From Caldisericia bacterium (GTDB taxonomy: Bacteria > Caldisericota > Caldisericia > JAAYUI01), in contig OY771555.1 in assembly GCA_963674785.1 (NCBI GenBank), forward strand, positions 1,248,001 through 1,312,000: 64,000 bases of DNA, written 5' to 3'. The translations under genes and the position numbers were made by a program. The stretch's first letter is position 1, and each line of letters starts with the position of its first letter. The notes under the pieces are model-generated. The model was given only the letters and a program-made list of their open reading frames with translations, made no database searches and was not told the DNA's origin. Below, in pieces: positions 38,151 to 48,388 of the stretch.

Positions 38151-38472
38151 GGTTTTCTTTTGCTTCAGGGGGAAGGTATTTGAAGAAGTTGTTGATTCTC
38201 TCACAGAGATATTCATCACAATTCGCACAAGAAACTGTTTTCTTCTCAATTCCGCATGCTCTTACTTCACACTGAGAACAATGACCAATTTTCGGTTCGC
38301 CTTCTTCCATGCATCCAATGCAGTTGATGCTTTCTGGTTTAATATCTGCTGAGTACCATTCTGACCATAGTTTGGCAGTTTTTATTCTCAACTCTCCATC
38401 ATCAGTCTTGTGGGCGATAAACGCTGGACACTCTGAACATTTCAGGCCACACACTCCAAAAATCTCTTCCAT
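38122..38472 (-). CDS. DUF3795-family Cys-rich (putative Fe-S/Zn) protein
   Basis: CGLKCSECPA, CIGC and CSQCEVRAC...SCANCDEYLC; GGAAGG SD. Confidence 0.85.
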   Translation of the reverse strand: MEEIFGVCGLKCSECPAFIAHKTDDGELRIKTAKLWSEWYSADIKPESINCIGCMEEGEPKIGHCSQCEVRACGIEKKTVSCANCDEYLCERINNFFKYLPPEAKENLEKFRKSKP

Positions 38473-38555
38473 GGGTTCACCTTCCTTTTGTTTAACTACA
38501 TTGTATGATTTTTTGCATCTTTGACAAATTCGATTTCAGATATATAACTAGGATT

Positions 38556-39302
38556 ATGGATTTAAAAGAAATAGCTGGTATTAGCGCTGTTTTGGATATT
38601 GATGGTTCGCTGTCGTTTCCTGATGTTCCCGAAGGTGTAAAAGCTACTGAAAGACTTTTTTCAGCAGCCAAGGATTATTACTATGATGAAACGAGCAATA
38701 ATAACAAGGTTCTATATAGGGTTTATAGAGATGTATGTTTACCTGAACATAAAGAACTGATTTCATCAAACAATCTTCGGTATGACATGGTTTCAATCTC
38801 ACCTGGAAAAATTGGTAGGGAGTTTATAAAAACAATTGGTCACTACCATCCAAAGGCTGATGGGAATGAAGCTTATCCTGAGATATATGAGGTACTTCAT
38901 GGTTCTGCTATTCTTTTACTTCAAGATGAGAATATTGCAGATGCGATTGTGGTACATGCAGAGGTAGGAGCAAAAGTACTTATCCCTCCTGGATATGGTC
39001 ACATAACAATCAACCCTGGAAATGAATACCTGGTTTTTTCAAACATCATTTCGAATACATTCACATCTGTTTATGGTCTTGTTGAGAAAAATCATGGCGG
39101 AGTTTATTACTATATTGAAGAAAATGGCGTGAAGAGATGGATGAAAAATCCATTCTATATCAAACATCCGGAACTCAAAACACTTGAACCTGGGCAGATG
39201 CCAATGATTGTTGGGCTTTCTGGTCCGCTTTATCAAAATCTGATTGAGGATCCCTTCAGATTTGTGTGTATGAACAATCCTCAGCTTTGTCCAAGCTTTT
39301 AG
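38556..39302 (+). CDS. pgi: glucose-6-phosphate isomerase, cupin (archaeal) type
   Basis: LRYDMVSISPGKIGREFIKTIGHYH, YPEIYEVLHG and IPPGYGHITIN cupin PGI metal-binding motifs. ATG lies 7 nt after TTGACA-16-TATAAC. Confidence 0.85.
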   Translation: MDLKEIAGISAVLDIDGSLSFPDVPEGVKATERLFSAAKDYYYDETSNNNKVLYRVYRDVCLPEHKELISSNNLRYDMVSISPGKIGREFIKTIGHYHPKADGNEAYPEIYEVLHGSAILLLQDENIADAIVVHAEVGAKVLIPPGYGHITINPGNEYLVFSNIISNTFTSVYGLVEKNHGGVYYYIEENGVKRWMKNPFYIKHPELKTLEPGQMPMIVGLSGPLYQNLIEDPFRFVCMNNPQLCPSF

Positions 39303-40321
39303 AAATCTGATGTTTTTGGTATCTGGAATGAGAAACTACATCTTTCAGCTCCACTGATGATCGTTTCGTCTACGTTCACGTGAATGCTTTTCTGAAAGAT
39401 TCCTTCCCATAATTGCCTGACCCATCCCGCACTACAATTGCAGAATGAGTGAGGAATCTCCTCTGGGTTGTGTTTGACAATTGGACAGAAACAATATGCC
39501 ATGATCTTTTCTTCTTTGGTTTTTGCAGCAGTATACAATTTCGGGTTGGCTGGGTTTTTCCAGGTTATAATTTTATCCCCTTCTCTTTTGATATTTCCGT
39601 ACCAGCCAGATTGCTTTTTCATGAAAGAGATAAGATCATCAATATCAGGATTCGATTCAAACTGTTTTCGTGCCTTTTTTGTAAGGTCAACAGGAAATAC
39701 GTGGGCGCATTTTGAGACAACTTCATAACGGCATTTTTCATCAGTTATTTTTTCAAGTTTTGATGTAGCCTCTTTTATCCATTTAAATCGATCTATTATA
39801 GACGAAAACACATCGACTGATTTCAAGTTTGAGATAATTTTTTCTGTTTTGGATTTGTCAACATTGCTTTCGAGGTTTGTCAAAAACAAATGATGCCAGT
39901 TGTGAAGAGGAATCTGGATTTCGATATCACCATTCTCGTGCCATACTTCAATATAATATTCATCAACAATGAATTTATTCTCCGATGTATATTTATATGT
40001 TTCTCGAATAGAGGTGATTAATGATTCAAGTCCATTTATGTGGATGTGCGAGATGACATTGATTTCTGGAATTATCCTTGTTTGCAACGTTTCTGATTCA
40101 AACCCTTTTGGTGCTGGAAACCCTATTTCAACATCAAGCCCCTCATTCATTGTTCCATATCTGTAGATACAAATAACATCTTCAGTTGTTTCAGAACCAA
40201 ACAAATCTTTTACTTCATTGATTTTCTTTTTGATCTCTGATTTTTCTGAAAGATGAAATCTCTTGCTTACAAATTGTACGGGTTTAATAGTTTTATGACC
40301 ATATCTAGTGCCTTTTTCCAT
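39299..40321 (-). CDS. GyrI-like effector-binding domain fused to a Cys-containing (DUF6144/V4R-like) domain
   Basis: DVEIGFP and EIQIP (GyrI-like); CAH, YCFCP, FCNCSAGW and ETIISGAERCSF. Confidence 0.7.
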   Translation of the reverse strand: MEKGTRYGHKTIKPVQFVSKRFHLSEKSEIKKKINEVKDLFGSETTEDVICIYRYGTMNEGLDVEIGFPAPKGFESETLQTRIIPEINVISHIHINGLESLITSIRETYKYTSENKFIVDEYYIEVWHENGDIEIQIPLHNWHHLFLTNLESNVDKSKTEKIISNLKSVDVFSSIIDRFKWIKEATSKLEKITDEKCRYEVVSKCAHVFPVDLTKKARKQFESNPDIDDLISFMKKQSGWYGNIKREGDKIITWKNPANPKLYTAAKTKEEKIMAYCFCPIVKHNPEEIPHSFCNCSAGWVRQLWEGIFQKSIHVNVDETIISGAERCSFSFQIPKTSDF

Positions 40322-40369
40322 GCGGGTATAATAGTTGAAAAGCTTTGGGTGGTCAATTCTGTGGGGGAT

Positions 40370-41329
40370 CTATCTCAGAAGCCACTTTTTGTTTTTTGCT
40401 TTTACGAGTATCCCTGTTATTACTATCATAACTGCAACAGTTATCCCGTAAGTGAAAGGAGAAATAAAAGTTTTTTCGTTTGAGAGTGCTGCAACAGGGT
40501 ATAGACCAATGTGTGCAAAAATGAAATTCATGAATGCATGGGTAATTGTTGTGACGATTACTGAGCCTGTCGTCTCAAAAAGCAATCCCATGAAAATTCC
40601 AAAGAGGAAAGTAAAGAAGATGTATCCTGCAAAATCAAAAAGTGATCCATTGTATCCGATGATATAATTGATGTGGTACAGACCAAATAGAGTTGCTTGA
40701 ATCATCAAAGCTCTGAAAAAACCAAATCTTTTAAGTTTTGTTTGAATGTATCCTCTGAAAATAATCTCTTCTGCAAAGTTGCCAAGTAAAAAGAAAACCA
40801 AAGCGATTATCGATGAGGATCCAAAAGGAGTTATGTTTAATGTGTATGATTCAACAGAAAGACTTAAAAAGACCGGGATGAGGATTGCCAAAAGTGCATA
40901 GATACCCCAAACACTTAATACTGAGATGAGTGACCACAATAACTGACTACCAAGATATTTTATTGAAAGACCGTAGTCTACTAGTTTGTTTCTGTCGATG
41001 TATGATACCAACATAAAGAAAAGTATTATCATGCCAGCTTTTTCCCACACACCTCTTGTGATTGCATAGATTGGTAGCCTTAAGGCTATTATGAGTCCAA
41101 AAACAATTAATGATTTTATAAGTTCTGATTTAAAAGTGCTCTCCACAAAAGAGACCAAACTCACTTTCAAAGAAGTATGAAAGGAGAAAACAATAGAGAT
41201 TATTAGTGTGAGGAGGATGAAGGTAACACCGATTATATCACTTCTTGAAAATGAAATAATTGTTGCGGTTACACATACAAGTAAGTATATTCCGATTGTG
41301 AATAGGTATCGAATGTGTTCGGATTTCAT
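40370..41329 (-). CDS. CPBP (CAAX/Abi) family intramembrane metalloprotease
   Basis: AEEIIFRG, FGLYH and THAFMN motifs in a polytopic protein. Confidence 0.9.
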   Translation of the reverse strand: MKSEHIRYLFTIGIYLLVCVTATIISFSRSDIIGVTFILLTLIISIVFSFHTSLKVSLVSFVESTFKSELIKSLIVFGLIIALRLPIYAITRGVWEKAGMIILFFMLVSYIDRNKLVDYGLSIKYLGSQLLWSLISVLSVWGIYALLAILIPVFLSLSVESYTLNITPFGSSSIIALVFFLLGNFAEEIIFRGYIQTKLKRFGFFRALMIQATLFGLYHINYIIGYNGSLFDFAGYIFFTFLFGIFMGLLFETTGSVIVTTITHAFMNFIFAHIGLYPVAALSNEKTFISPFTYGITVAVMIVITGILVKAKNKKWLLR

Positions 41330-42399
41330 TTTTTCTTCCCTACAGGAATCTGCTTAAACCGTATCCCATAAACAATACTAAAAAACAATAAGACAATTAA
41401 TGAGAAAACAGATGCAAGCAAAATCAGCCAAGTTTTTCTATTGTTTGAGTTTTTCCAGGAATAATAATCATCGATCACAGCCAGGGTTGACTCAATCTGA
41501 TTTTTGTCATGTTCTTTTGCAATTTGGAAAATTGCCTGATAAAGAGTCATGTTTGGTCTCATTCTTATTTGGAAATCATAATCTGAGGAGAATTGTGGGA
41601 GGTCTTTCCAAAGCCCCAATCTTTGCTCTTCAATTTTTTGAAGAAGTATTTTTGTTTGTTCAGTTGGCTCTGTTTTTACCATAACTTCATCTTTTTCAAC
41701 CTCGTATCTGAGGCTTCTGATGAATGTCGAAAACTCTATCCCAAAATATCTTTTGATAGAATTGTCAATCCCAAACCTGCAAGAATATAGAAAGTTTTTG
41801 AAAAGCTCTGGTTCGGTTTCGTTTTCAAACTGGTAGATTCTTGATGCAGCAAGTAGTATCGTGTTTGTGTTTGATGAGCTGAGCGTATGGTTTTTATCTG
41901 GGTCTTTTGTTAGAGGTATTTCTGAATATGCATATCTGATTTCTGTCGCAAGCTGAATTGGGTCAATTTCCAAGTATTTTGTGGCAAGGTAGAATGAGAG
42001 AATATCGATTGTCGACAGAGGACAATTTGGCCAGATATGTAAAAGAATAGAACTGAAAATTGGGTTTATATGTCCGATTGAACCTTCAAAGTTTTTTGAA
42101 ATAATTAAATTTAGTGTCCCATTGCCTTTTCTTTTGTTAGCAAGGTATGATTGGTTTTCACAAGGGAAAATTCTGAATTTGGTATTATTTTCTAGTTCGA
42201 TGTCAAATGTTTTTTCAAAAATCTCAATCTGAGACAAGATATCGACTTCTACTTTGCTTCTAAAAACTAAATCTTCTGAGAAATTATCCAAAAAAACAAA
42301 CTCAAATCCTAAGTGATCAGGATTTGAGTTTGCAAAAACACCCATCATTGGGTGTAATAAAATCAAAGTTGTTATTACATAAACTACAAGTTTTTTCAC
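41326..42399 (-). CDS. hypothetical exported protein with C-terminal membrane anchor
   Basis: Signal peptide and C-terminal TM; overlaps both neighbours by 4 nt. Confidence 0.75.
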   Translation of the reverse strand: MKKLVVYVITTLILLHPMMGVFANSNPDHLGFEFVFLDNFSEDLVFRSKVEVDILSQIEIFEKTFDIELENNTKFRIFPCENQSYLANKRKGNGTLNLIISKNFEGSIGHINPIFSSILLHIWPNCPLSTIDILSFYLATKYLEIDPIQLATEIRYAYSEIPLTKDPDKNHTLSSSNTNTILLAASRIYQFENETEPELFKNFLYSCRFGIDNSIKRYFGIEFSTFIRSLRYEVEKDEVMVKTEPTEQTKILLQKIEEQRLGLWKDLPQFSSDYDFQIRMRPNMTLYQAIFQIAKEHDKNQIESTLAVIDDYYSWKNSNNRKTWLILLASVFSLIVLLFFSIVYGIRFKQIPVGKKK

Positions 42400-43502
42400 T
42401 GACTACCAATTTTTGTAACTAGATTTATCATCCAGTTAGCAGTTTGTTCTAGATGTTCAATTTTAATATACTCGTCAAGTCCGTGAGGATTGGTCATTCC
42501 GGTGCTCACAACAACAGCGGTTTTTCCTCCAGCATTGAAGACATTTCCAACTGATCCACCACCGCTTATATCGAATCTAGTCTCGATTCCCGCATCCTTT
42601 GCTGCAGATGCGACAAGTGATGGGAGTCTGTCTTCAGGCTTGAATCTAAAGCCCTTCAGATAATTCACGGTTTCAAGTTCAAATGATGCACCGACTTCAT
42701 TGCAGGCTCTTTCTATTTCTGAGATAATGTGTTCTCGGTGTGAGATAAAGGTTTCCTCAGAAATTGATCTTACCTCAAATTGGAATGAGCAGAAATCTGG
42801 AACGATGTTGAATGACTTTCCGCCCTCAATTGTACCAACGTTTGATGTAGTTTCTTTGTCGATCCTTCCAAGCCTCATGTTTGAAATTGCTTTTGATGCT
42901 GCAATAATTGCAGATACACCTTTTTCAGGAGCAATCCCTGCATGAGATGCTTTTCCCATGATATTTACTCTTGTAACCTTCATGTGTGGTGCTGCAAGAA
43001 TAACGATTCCGGGTGCACCATTTGTATCAAGTACTATTGTGTAGTCACTCTCGAGTTTGCTTGTATCAAACTGGGATGCACCTCTTAGTCCGACTTCTTC
43101 TTGAACATCAAATACGACTTCAATCTGTGGTCTTGGTTTGTCTTTAAAGTATTCAAGGGTTTCAAGGATTGCAGCCACACCGGATTTATCATCTGCACCA
43201 AGGATGGTTGTCCCATCGCTGGTTATGATACCATCTTTTATCTGAGGTTTTACACCTTTTCCTGGAACAACAGTATCCATGTGGGCAGAAAGTGCTATCG
43301 ATCCGGGAAGAGTACCCTTCATTTTAGCGGATAGATTTCCAACATCTGAACCAATCTTTGCTCCGGTATCGTCAATTTCATACTCCATGCCCAGATTTGA
43401 AAGACGGGTCACGAGGTAATCAGCTACCGCCTTTTCGTGACCCGATTCAGAATCTATCTGGACTAGCTGGAGAAAAGTCTCAAGCAGTCTCTCTTTGTTC
43501 AT
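42396..43502 (-). CDS. M20 family metallopeptidase (peptidase T-like)
   Basis: SAHMDTV, LGADDKSG, QEEVGLRG, GKASHAG..PEKG and NPH..DE motifs. Confidence 0.92.
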   Translation of the reverse strand: MNKERLLETFLQLVQIDSESGHEKAVADYLVTRLSNLGMEYEIDDTGAKIGSDVGNLSAKMKGTLPGSIALSAHMDTVVPGKGVKPQIKDGIITSDGTTILGADDKSGVAAILETLEYFKDKPRPQIEVVFDVQEEVGLRGASQFDTSKLESDYTIVLDTNGAPGIVILAAPHMKVTRVNIMGKASHAGIAPEKGVSAIIAASKAISNMRLGRIDKETTSNVGTIEGGKSFNIVPDFCSFQFEVRSISEETFISHREHIISEIERACNEVGASFELETVNYLKGFRFKPEDRLPSLVASAAKDAGIETRFDISGGGSVGNVFNAGGKTAVVVSTGMTNPHGLDEYIKIEHLEQTANWMINLVTKIGSQ

Positions 43503-44042
43503 TTATCCCTCGAAGTTATATCCGGCCTCTAATGCTTTTATGTTGACATCAAAGAATTTGGCTTTTTTCTCGCCAAGATAATCTTTAATCGCCTGTTTTG
43601 TCGATTCAAGTGTTGCAGCTTTTGATTTTGCCATGAGTGCACCGAGAAGAACAACATTTGTTGCTTTTGACATAGCTACTTCTTCTGCTATCTCACTTGC
43701 ATTGATATAGACAACGTTGATGTCTGTTCGGTTACTCTTCTCTTTGATGAGTGATGAGTTGATAATGAGTGTTCCACCTGGCTTTACGAGTGGCTCGAAC
43801 ATTGAGTATGATGGGGCATTGAAAACAACAACATTTTCTGGATTAGGTAAAACTGGGGATCCGATTTCTTCATCAGAGGTAATGACTGTACAGTTTGCGG
43901 TACCACCACGCATAGCAGGACCGTATGATGGAAGGAATGTCGCGTATTTTCCTTCGATTACACCACTGTCTGCGAAGAGTTTACCAAGCATCATGACACC
44001 CTGTCCGCCGAAACCAGCAGCAATAAGTTCACTTTTTGCCAT
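43503..44042 (-). CDS. 2-oxoacid:ferredoxin oxidoreductase gamma subunit
   Basis: AGFGGQGV, PSYGPAMRGGTA, NVVLLGA, NIKALEAG. Confidence 0.92.
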   Translation of the reverse strand: MAKSELIAAGFGGQGVMMLGKLFADSGVIEGKYATFLPSYGPAMRGGTANCTVITSDEEIGSPVLPNPENVVVFNAPSYSMFEPLVKPGGTLIINSSLIKEKSNRTDINVVYINASEIAEEVAMSKATNVVLLGALMAKSKAATLESTKQAIKDYLGEKKAKFFDVNIKALEAGYNFEG

Positions 44043-44794
44043 TATTCCAATCCCTCCACGACCTTAAACTCACCTGTTGGGTAATACTTGATTGTTTCTT
44101 CTTTTACTCTCTTGATTGAGTCGACCGGAGTCATACCCCAGTTTGTTGGACAAGTAGAAAGAACTTCAACGAGTGAGTATCCAAGCCCATTCATCTGAGC
44201 AGTGAAAGCCTTCTTGATAGCTTTCTTTGTCTTTTTGATTCCTGGGATTGTGGTTGCATCTGTTCTTGCGATGTATGCAGGACCATTGAGTTGTGAAAGC
44301 ATCTCACAAACTTTAAGAGGGAAACCGTGGGTATCTGCGTTTCTTCCAAATGGTGATGTTGTTGCTTTGTGACCCATGAGAGTACATGGAGACATCTGAC
44401 CACCGGTCATTCCGTAGATTCCATTGTTGACCATAATTGAGGTGATTTTCTCGCCTCTGGCAGCAGCATGAACCATCTCGGCAGCACCGATTGATGCAAA
44501 GTCACCATCACCCTGATATGTGAAGACAACTCTATCTGGGAGAGCTCTTTTTGCACCAGTTGCAACTGCACATGCTCTTCCATGGGCAGCCTGCATTGTG
44601 TCAAAGTTGAAAGTATTGTTCGTTGCGAGAGTTGAGCATCCTACTGGAAGAACGATGATCGATTTTTCCATGATGTCCATCTCTTCAATAACCTCAGAAA
44701 CGAGTCTATGGATAATTCCGTGTGGACAACCAGGGCAGTATGGGATTGGATTTTCGCTAAGTGGTTTTGGGTAATGTGTTATCTGTTCCATCAT
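44042..44794 (-). CDS. 2-oxoacid:ferredoxin oxidoreductase beta subunit (TPP-binding)
   Basis: YCPGCPHG, VGC, HGRA, QGDGD, NNGIYGMTGGQ, STCPTNW. Confidence 0.93.
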   Translation of the reverse strand: MMEQITHYPKPLSENPIPYCPGCPHGIIHRLVSEVIEEMDIMEKSIIVLPVGCSTLATNNTFNFDTMQAAHGRACAVATGAKRALPDRVVFTYQGDGDFASIGAAEMVHAAARGEKITSIMVNNGIYGMTGGQMSPCTLMGHKATTSPFGRNADTHGFPLKVCEMLSQLNGPAYIARTDATTIPGIKKTKKAIKKAFTAQMNGLGYSLVEVLSTCPTNWGMTPVDSIKRVKEETIKYYPTGEFKVVEGLE

Positions 44795-45879
44795 ACACCT
44801 CCTGTTGGAACATCTTCACCGTTAATGTGTCTGGTCATGATGTCTTCAAGCTCATCTGATGATGGGACAACTCCACCCTGTCTTCCGTAGAATTTGACTG
44901 GTTTTTTGCAACTTGTTGAAAGCTTGACATCTTCAAGCATCTGACCAAATGAGAGCTCAACATCTAGGAAGAACTTCACTGAGTCCTTGTTTGCAAGATC
45001 TGAAAGAACCTTTGTTGGGAATGGCCAAAGTGTGATTGGTCTTACGAGTCCGACTTTGTGTCCTTTTTCTCTCATGGATTTCATTACGGTCTTGATGATT
45101 CTGGCAACTGTTCCGTATGCAACAAAAATGTATTCTGCATCTTCAGTACCAATTTCTTCAACCATGACTTCTTTATCAATGTCCACAAATTTGTCCATCA
45201 TCCTGTGGTTCATCTTCTCAAGTTCTTCTGGAAGAATCTCAAATGAATTGATGACGTTCTTTTTCCTCTTGCCCATCATTCCGTTTGCAGCCCATGGTTT
45301 CTCTGGGAGACTTGCTGGATCGATCATTTCTGGAAGTTCGATTGCTTCCATCATTTGACCAAGAAGCCCGTCTGAAAGAACGATTACAGGGTTTCTGTAT
45401 TTGTCAGCAAGATCAAATGCATTCTTCATGACATCAACATTTTCCTGGATTGTGGATGGTGCAAGAACTATGGTCTTGTAATCACCATGACCACCACCTT
45501 TTACTGCCTGGAAATAGTCACCCTGTGCTGGTGCAATGTCGCCAAGTCCTGGTCCTCCACGGACAACGTTGACGATGACGCATGGGAGTTCTGCTCCTGC
45601 GATGTAGGAAATTGCTTCGGTCATAAGTGAAATACCCGGTGATGAAGAGGTAGTGATAACTCTTTTACCAGCACCTGCGCATCCATAAAGCATGTTACTT
45701 GCGGCTACTTCTGACTCAGCTTGTGTAAATGAACCACCAACTTCTGGCAACCTTCTTGCCATGTATTCTGGTGCTTCGTTCTGGGGTGTGATTGGGTAAC
45801 CGAAGAAATGACGACACCCTGCTCTGATAGCAGCTTCAGCAATCGCCTCGGCTCCCTTCATAAGTACCTTTTCGCCCAT
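44791..45879 (-). CDS. vorB: 2-oxoacid:ferredoxin oxidoreductase alpha subunit (2-ketoisovalerate/VOR-type)
   Basis: GYPITPQ, QAESE, TTSSSPGISL, RGGPGLG and KGGGHGDY typical of the VOR-type alpha subunit. Confidence 0.9.
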   Translation of the reverse strand: MGEKVLMKGAEAIAEAAIRAGCRHFFGYPITPQNEAPEYMARRLPEVGGSFTQAESEVAASNMLYGCAGAGKRVITTSSSPGISLMTEAISYIAGAELPCVIVNVVRGGPGLGDIAPAQGDYFQAVKGGGHGDYKTIVLAPSTIQENVDVMKNAFDLADKYRNPVIVLSDGLLGQMMEAIELPEMIDPASLPEKPWAANGMMGKRKKNVINSFEILPEELEKMNHRMMDKFVDIDKEVMVEEIGTEDAEYIFVAYGTVARIIKTVMKSMREKGHKVGLVRPITLWPFPTKVLSDLANKDSVKFFLDVELSFGQMLEDVKLSTSCKKPVKFYGRQGGVVPSSDELEDIMTRHINGEDVPTGGV

Positions 45880-45891
45880 TATTACTCCTCT

Positions 45892-46941
45892 CTATTTTCC
45901 AGCAAATTCAAGTGTTGCTGGTTTCTCAGTGTATATATGCCCCTCACCCATCTGGTTATCAAATACTGACAGATGGAAGAGATAGTATGCATCTTCTTTT
46001 GGGTCATGAGCGAACTGTACCTGTCTTGCATCATTTGTGACAAGAGCTCTGCTCATTTCAACTGTCCACATCTTTGTGTCTTCATCGTAGGTTGCCATAC
46101 ATTTGATGTCTGGTGTTCCTTCAAGCTGAATGTAATATGGTGCAGTTGTTTCCACTGGCAATGAATTTAAGTTCTCTGGAACTGGCTTCATTGTTTCAAA
46201 TGTTCCAACCTGCTGAGGAACTGCCAATGGGATGTAAAGTGGGGATGCTACGTCTTTTTTGTTTGGAAGAAGTGAACCTGGAAGATAGATTATTGCAGAC
46301 TTAGTATCAAAAGTGTCTGCCTGATCATCAATTCCTGATCCAAGTGGACCAACGATGTGGTTTGTTGCAGCACCTGTGATAAATGTCTCGTGAGCATACC
46401 ATGTCCAGACATCAAGAAGCTCGCCCATATTTACGGAAGCCATGTAGTTTGGGCCACTGTGGCAAAGATTGTTGCAGCCTTCAGCATCGAATCCTTCGAT
46501 TGGAGTAACTTCAAATCCGATGGAGAGCATGTCCTGTCTTGGAAGTTTTGAACCGAATTTCCAGCTCTTGTTACCGTCTCGCTCTCTCATTTCCCACATT
46601 GTTCCAGCGAGATCCATTTTCTCGTCAGTCCATGTGAAAAGGAAGTATGCGTTGAAATCATCATATCCTGCTTTTGCAGTTATGACCATCTCTTCGTCCT
46701 CACTTGCAGCAGTTAATTCAATTGGGACTGCATCTAACCAGATGTCCTCAAGCTCTGAGGCGATTCCATCAATCTGGGGGGCAAGTGGTGCATAGTCTGC
46801 TGTTAATAACTCGGATGTTGGGGGTGCATCAAGTCTAGATGGAACATAGGAGCGAGAAGCTGGGAGTTTTACTCCACCACATCCAGCAATCAAACCCACA
46901 ACCACAACAATAGAGACAAAAGTAAGCAACGTTTTTTTCAT
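45892..46941 (-). CDS. lipoprotein with an ethylbenzene-dehydrogenase-gamma/DOMON-like heme-binding domain
   Basis: Lipobox LIAGC after ATG 46941; APQIDG, YFLFTWTD, QDML, GCNNLCH, LDVWTW, WTVEMSRAL, SVFD...H. Confidence 0.78.
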   Translation of the reverse strand: MKKTLLTFVSIVVVVGLIAGCGGVKLPASRSYVPSRLDAPPTSELLTADYAPLAPQIDGIASELEDIWLDAVPIELTAASEDEEMVITAKAGYDDFNAYFLFTWTDEKMDLAGTMWEMRERDGNKSWKFGSKLPRQDMLSIGFEVTPIEGFDAEGCNNLCHSGPNYMASVNMGELLDVWTWYAHETFITGAATNHIVGPLGSGIDDQADTFDTKSAIIYLPGSLLPNKKDVASPLYIPLAVPQQVGTFETMKPVPENLNSLPVETTAPYYIQLEGTPDIKCMATYDEDTKMWTVEMSRALVTNDARQVQFAHDPKEDAYYLFHLSVFDNQMGEGHIYTEKPATLEFAGK

Positions 46942-47154
46942 TTTCTCTCCTTCTCTAGTCATATGAATTTTTATTATTTTCTGCCAAATTAAATCTCAGA
47001 TTGACGTTATTTATGCTTGAAAGGCTCACAGAGAGAATGTAACACTTGCTGTTTTTCTAGTCAAGGAATTTCGTTGCTTGATATTGTTAATAAAAAATTG
47101 TAGAAATCTAATTTTTATCCTGTTAAACTTACAGCTATTATGGAGGTTAAACAT

Positions 47155-48375
47155 ATGAGAAAAACAGTTCTTGTTCTTTTAGTTTTGTTTTTAGGTGTAT
47201 CCTTTTTTGGATGCGGAGAAGAAAAACAAATCACAACAACAGAAAGCAGTATTTGGAGTTTTGCTGGAAAAGACTCACTCAGATCAGGAAGAGCTGTTGG
47301 TGAGATTTTACCTCCTTTTGGAGCATTGTGGACAAAAAGGTTGGATGGATTGGGAATATCTTCATCATCAATATTAAAAGTAAAGATTGATGAGAGTGAA
47401 AGTGCAAGAAGAGAAGTTGTTTTTGTTTCAGGAGGAGAAAAAACAACTGCTGCGATGGTTGTTGAAACGGGCGAAACCCTTTGGCAGATAAATCTCCCTT
47501 CAAGGCCGCTTGCCCCTGTTGCCTCCGAAAACTCTGTTGTTTTTGTGACGATGGATGGTGTCATTCAGTGTGTCGATGCTGAAACGGGAAATCAGAATTG
47601 GGCGTTAAGGTATACAACCGAAGGAGAAAAGATTTCCTATGAGGTTGCTCAACCTGTTATATCTGGTGACAACGTTTTTTTTGGGTTTGGAAATGGATTG
47701 GTGCTTGGTCTAAACATCTCTGATGGAAAAGAGGTATGGAGAAAAAATCTAGGCGACAGGATTAACTCCTCACCAATTGTTGTTTCTGGAAAACTTATCG
47801 TCGCTGACTACTCAAAGGAAGTTGCAGCTTTCAGGTCATACAACGGTGAAGAAGTTTGGAAAACTGAGCTTTCAGAACCAGTCATTGCTCAGCTAGCATC
47901 TGATGGAAAAACTGTTTTTGTATCGGGAGTTTTTGGGACAATCTATGCAGTTGACGTTGAAATTGGAACAATTGTTTGGCAATCAAATATAGAAGATTCC
48001 GTTGTTAATGGATCGTGTCTTGTGGGAGATAGTCTTTTTGTTCCAACAACTTCTGGAAAAATTGTAAACGTAAATAAGCTGACAGGTGAAGTTATAAACA
48101 GTGTTCAATCTGATGTCCCATCAACAGGGGTTGTGAGTGCTGGAGACAATCTCCTTTTTGCTACAGAGACTGGAAAGCTGATGGTTGTAGACATCAAAGG
48201 TAACCAAATTTCAGAAGCATACAAGTTTGAAACATGGAAAGAAAATGTTTCTGGTCAGAGTTTTGGAGATATTTCTATATCTTCAGGAAAGGTGTTTGTC
48301 TCAGATGGGCAGAGCAAATTCTTCTGTTTGGTTCCAAAGGACATTGCAATAAACGCTCATTCTGTTGATAAATAG
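47155..48375 (+). CDS. BamB-like PQQ beta-propeller lipoprotein
   Basis: Lipobox FFGC; eight-blade pattern (ETGETLW, ETGNQNW, SDGKEVW, NGEEVW); GGAGG SD. Confidence 0.85.
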   Translation: MRKTVLVLLVLFLGVSFFGCGEEKQITTTESSIWSFAGKDSLRSGRAVGEILPPFGALWTKRLDGLGISSSSILKVKIDESESARREVVFVSGGEKTTAAMVVETGETLWQINLPSRPLAPVASENSVVFVTMDGVIQCVDAETGNQNWALRYTTEGEKISYEVAQPVISGDNVFFGFGNGLVLGLNISDGKEVWRKNLGDRINSSPIVVSGKLIVADYSKEVAAFRSYNGEEVWKTELSEPVIAQLASDGKTVFVSGVFGTIYAVDVEIGTIVWQSNIEDSVVNGSCLVGDSLFVPTTSGKIVNVNKLTGEVINSVQSDVPSTGVVSAGDNLLFATETGKLMVVDIKGNQISEAYKFETWKENVSGQSFGDISISSGKVFVSDGQSKFFCLVPKDIAINAHSVDK

Positions 48376-48388
48376 ACAGCTTTAAGAT

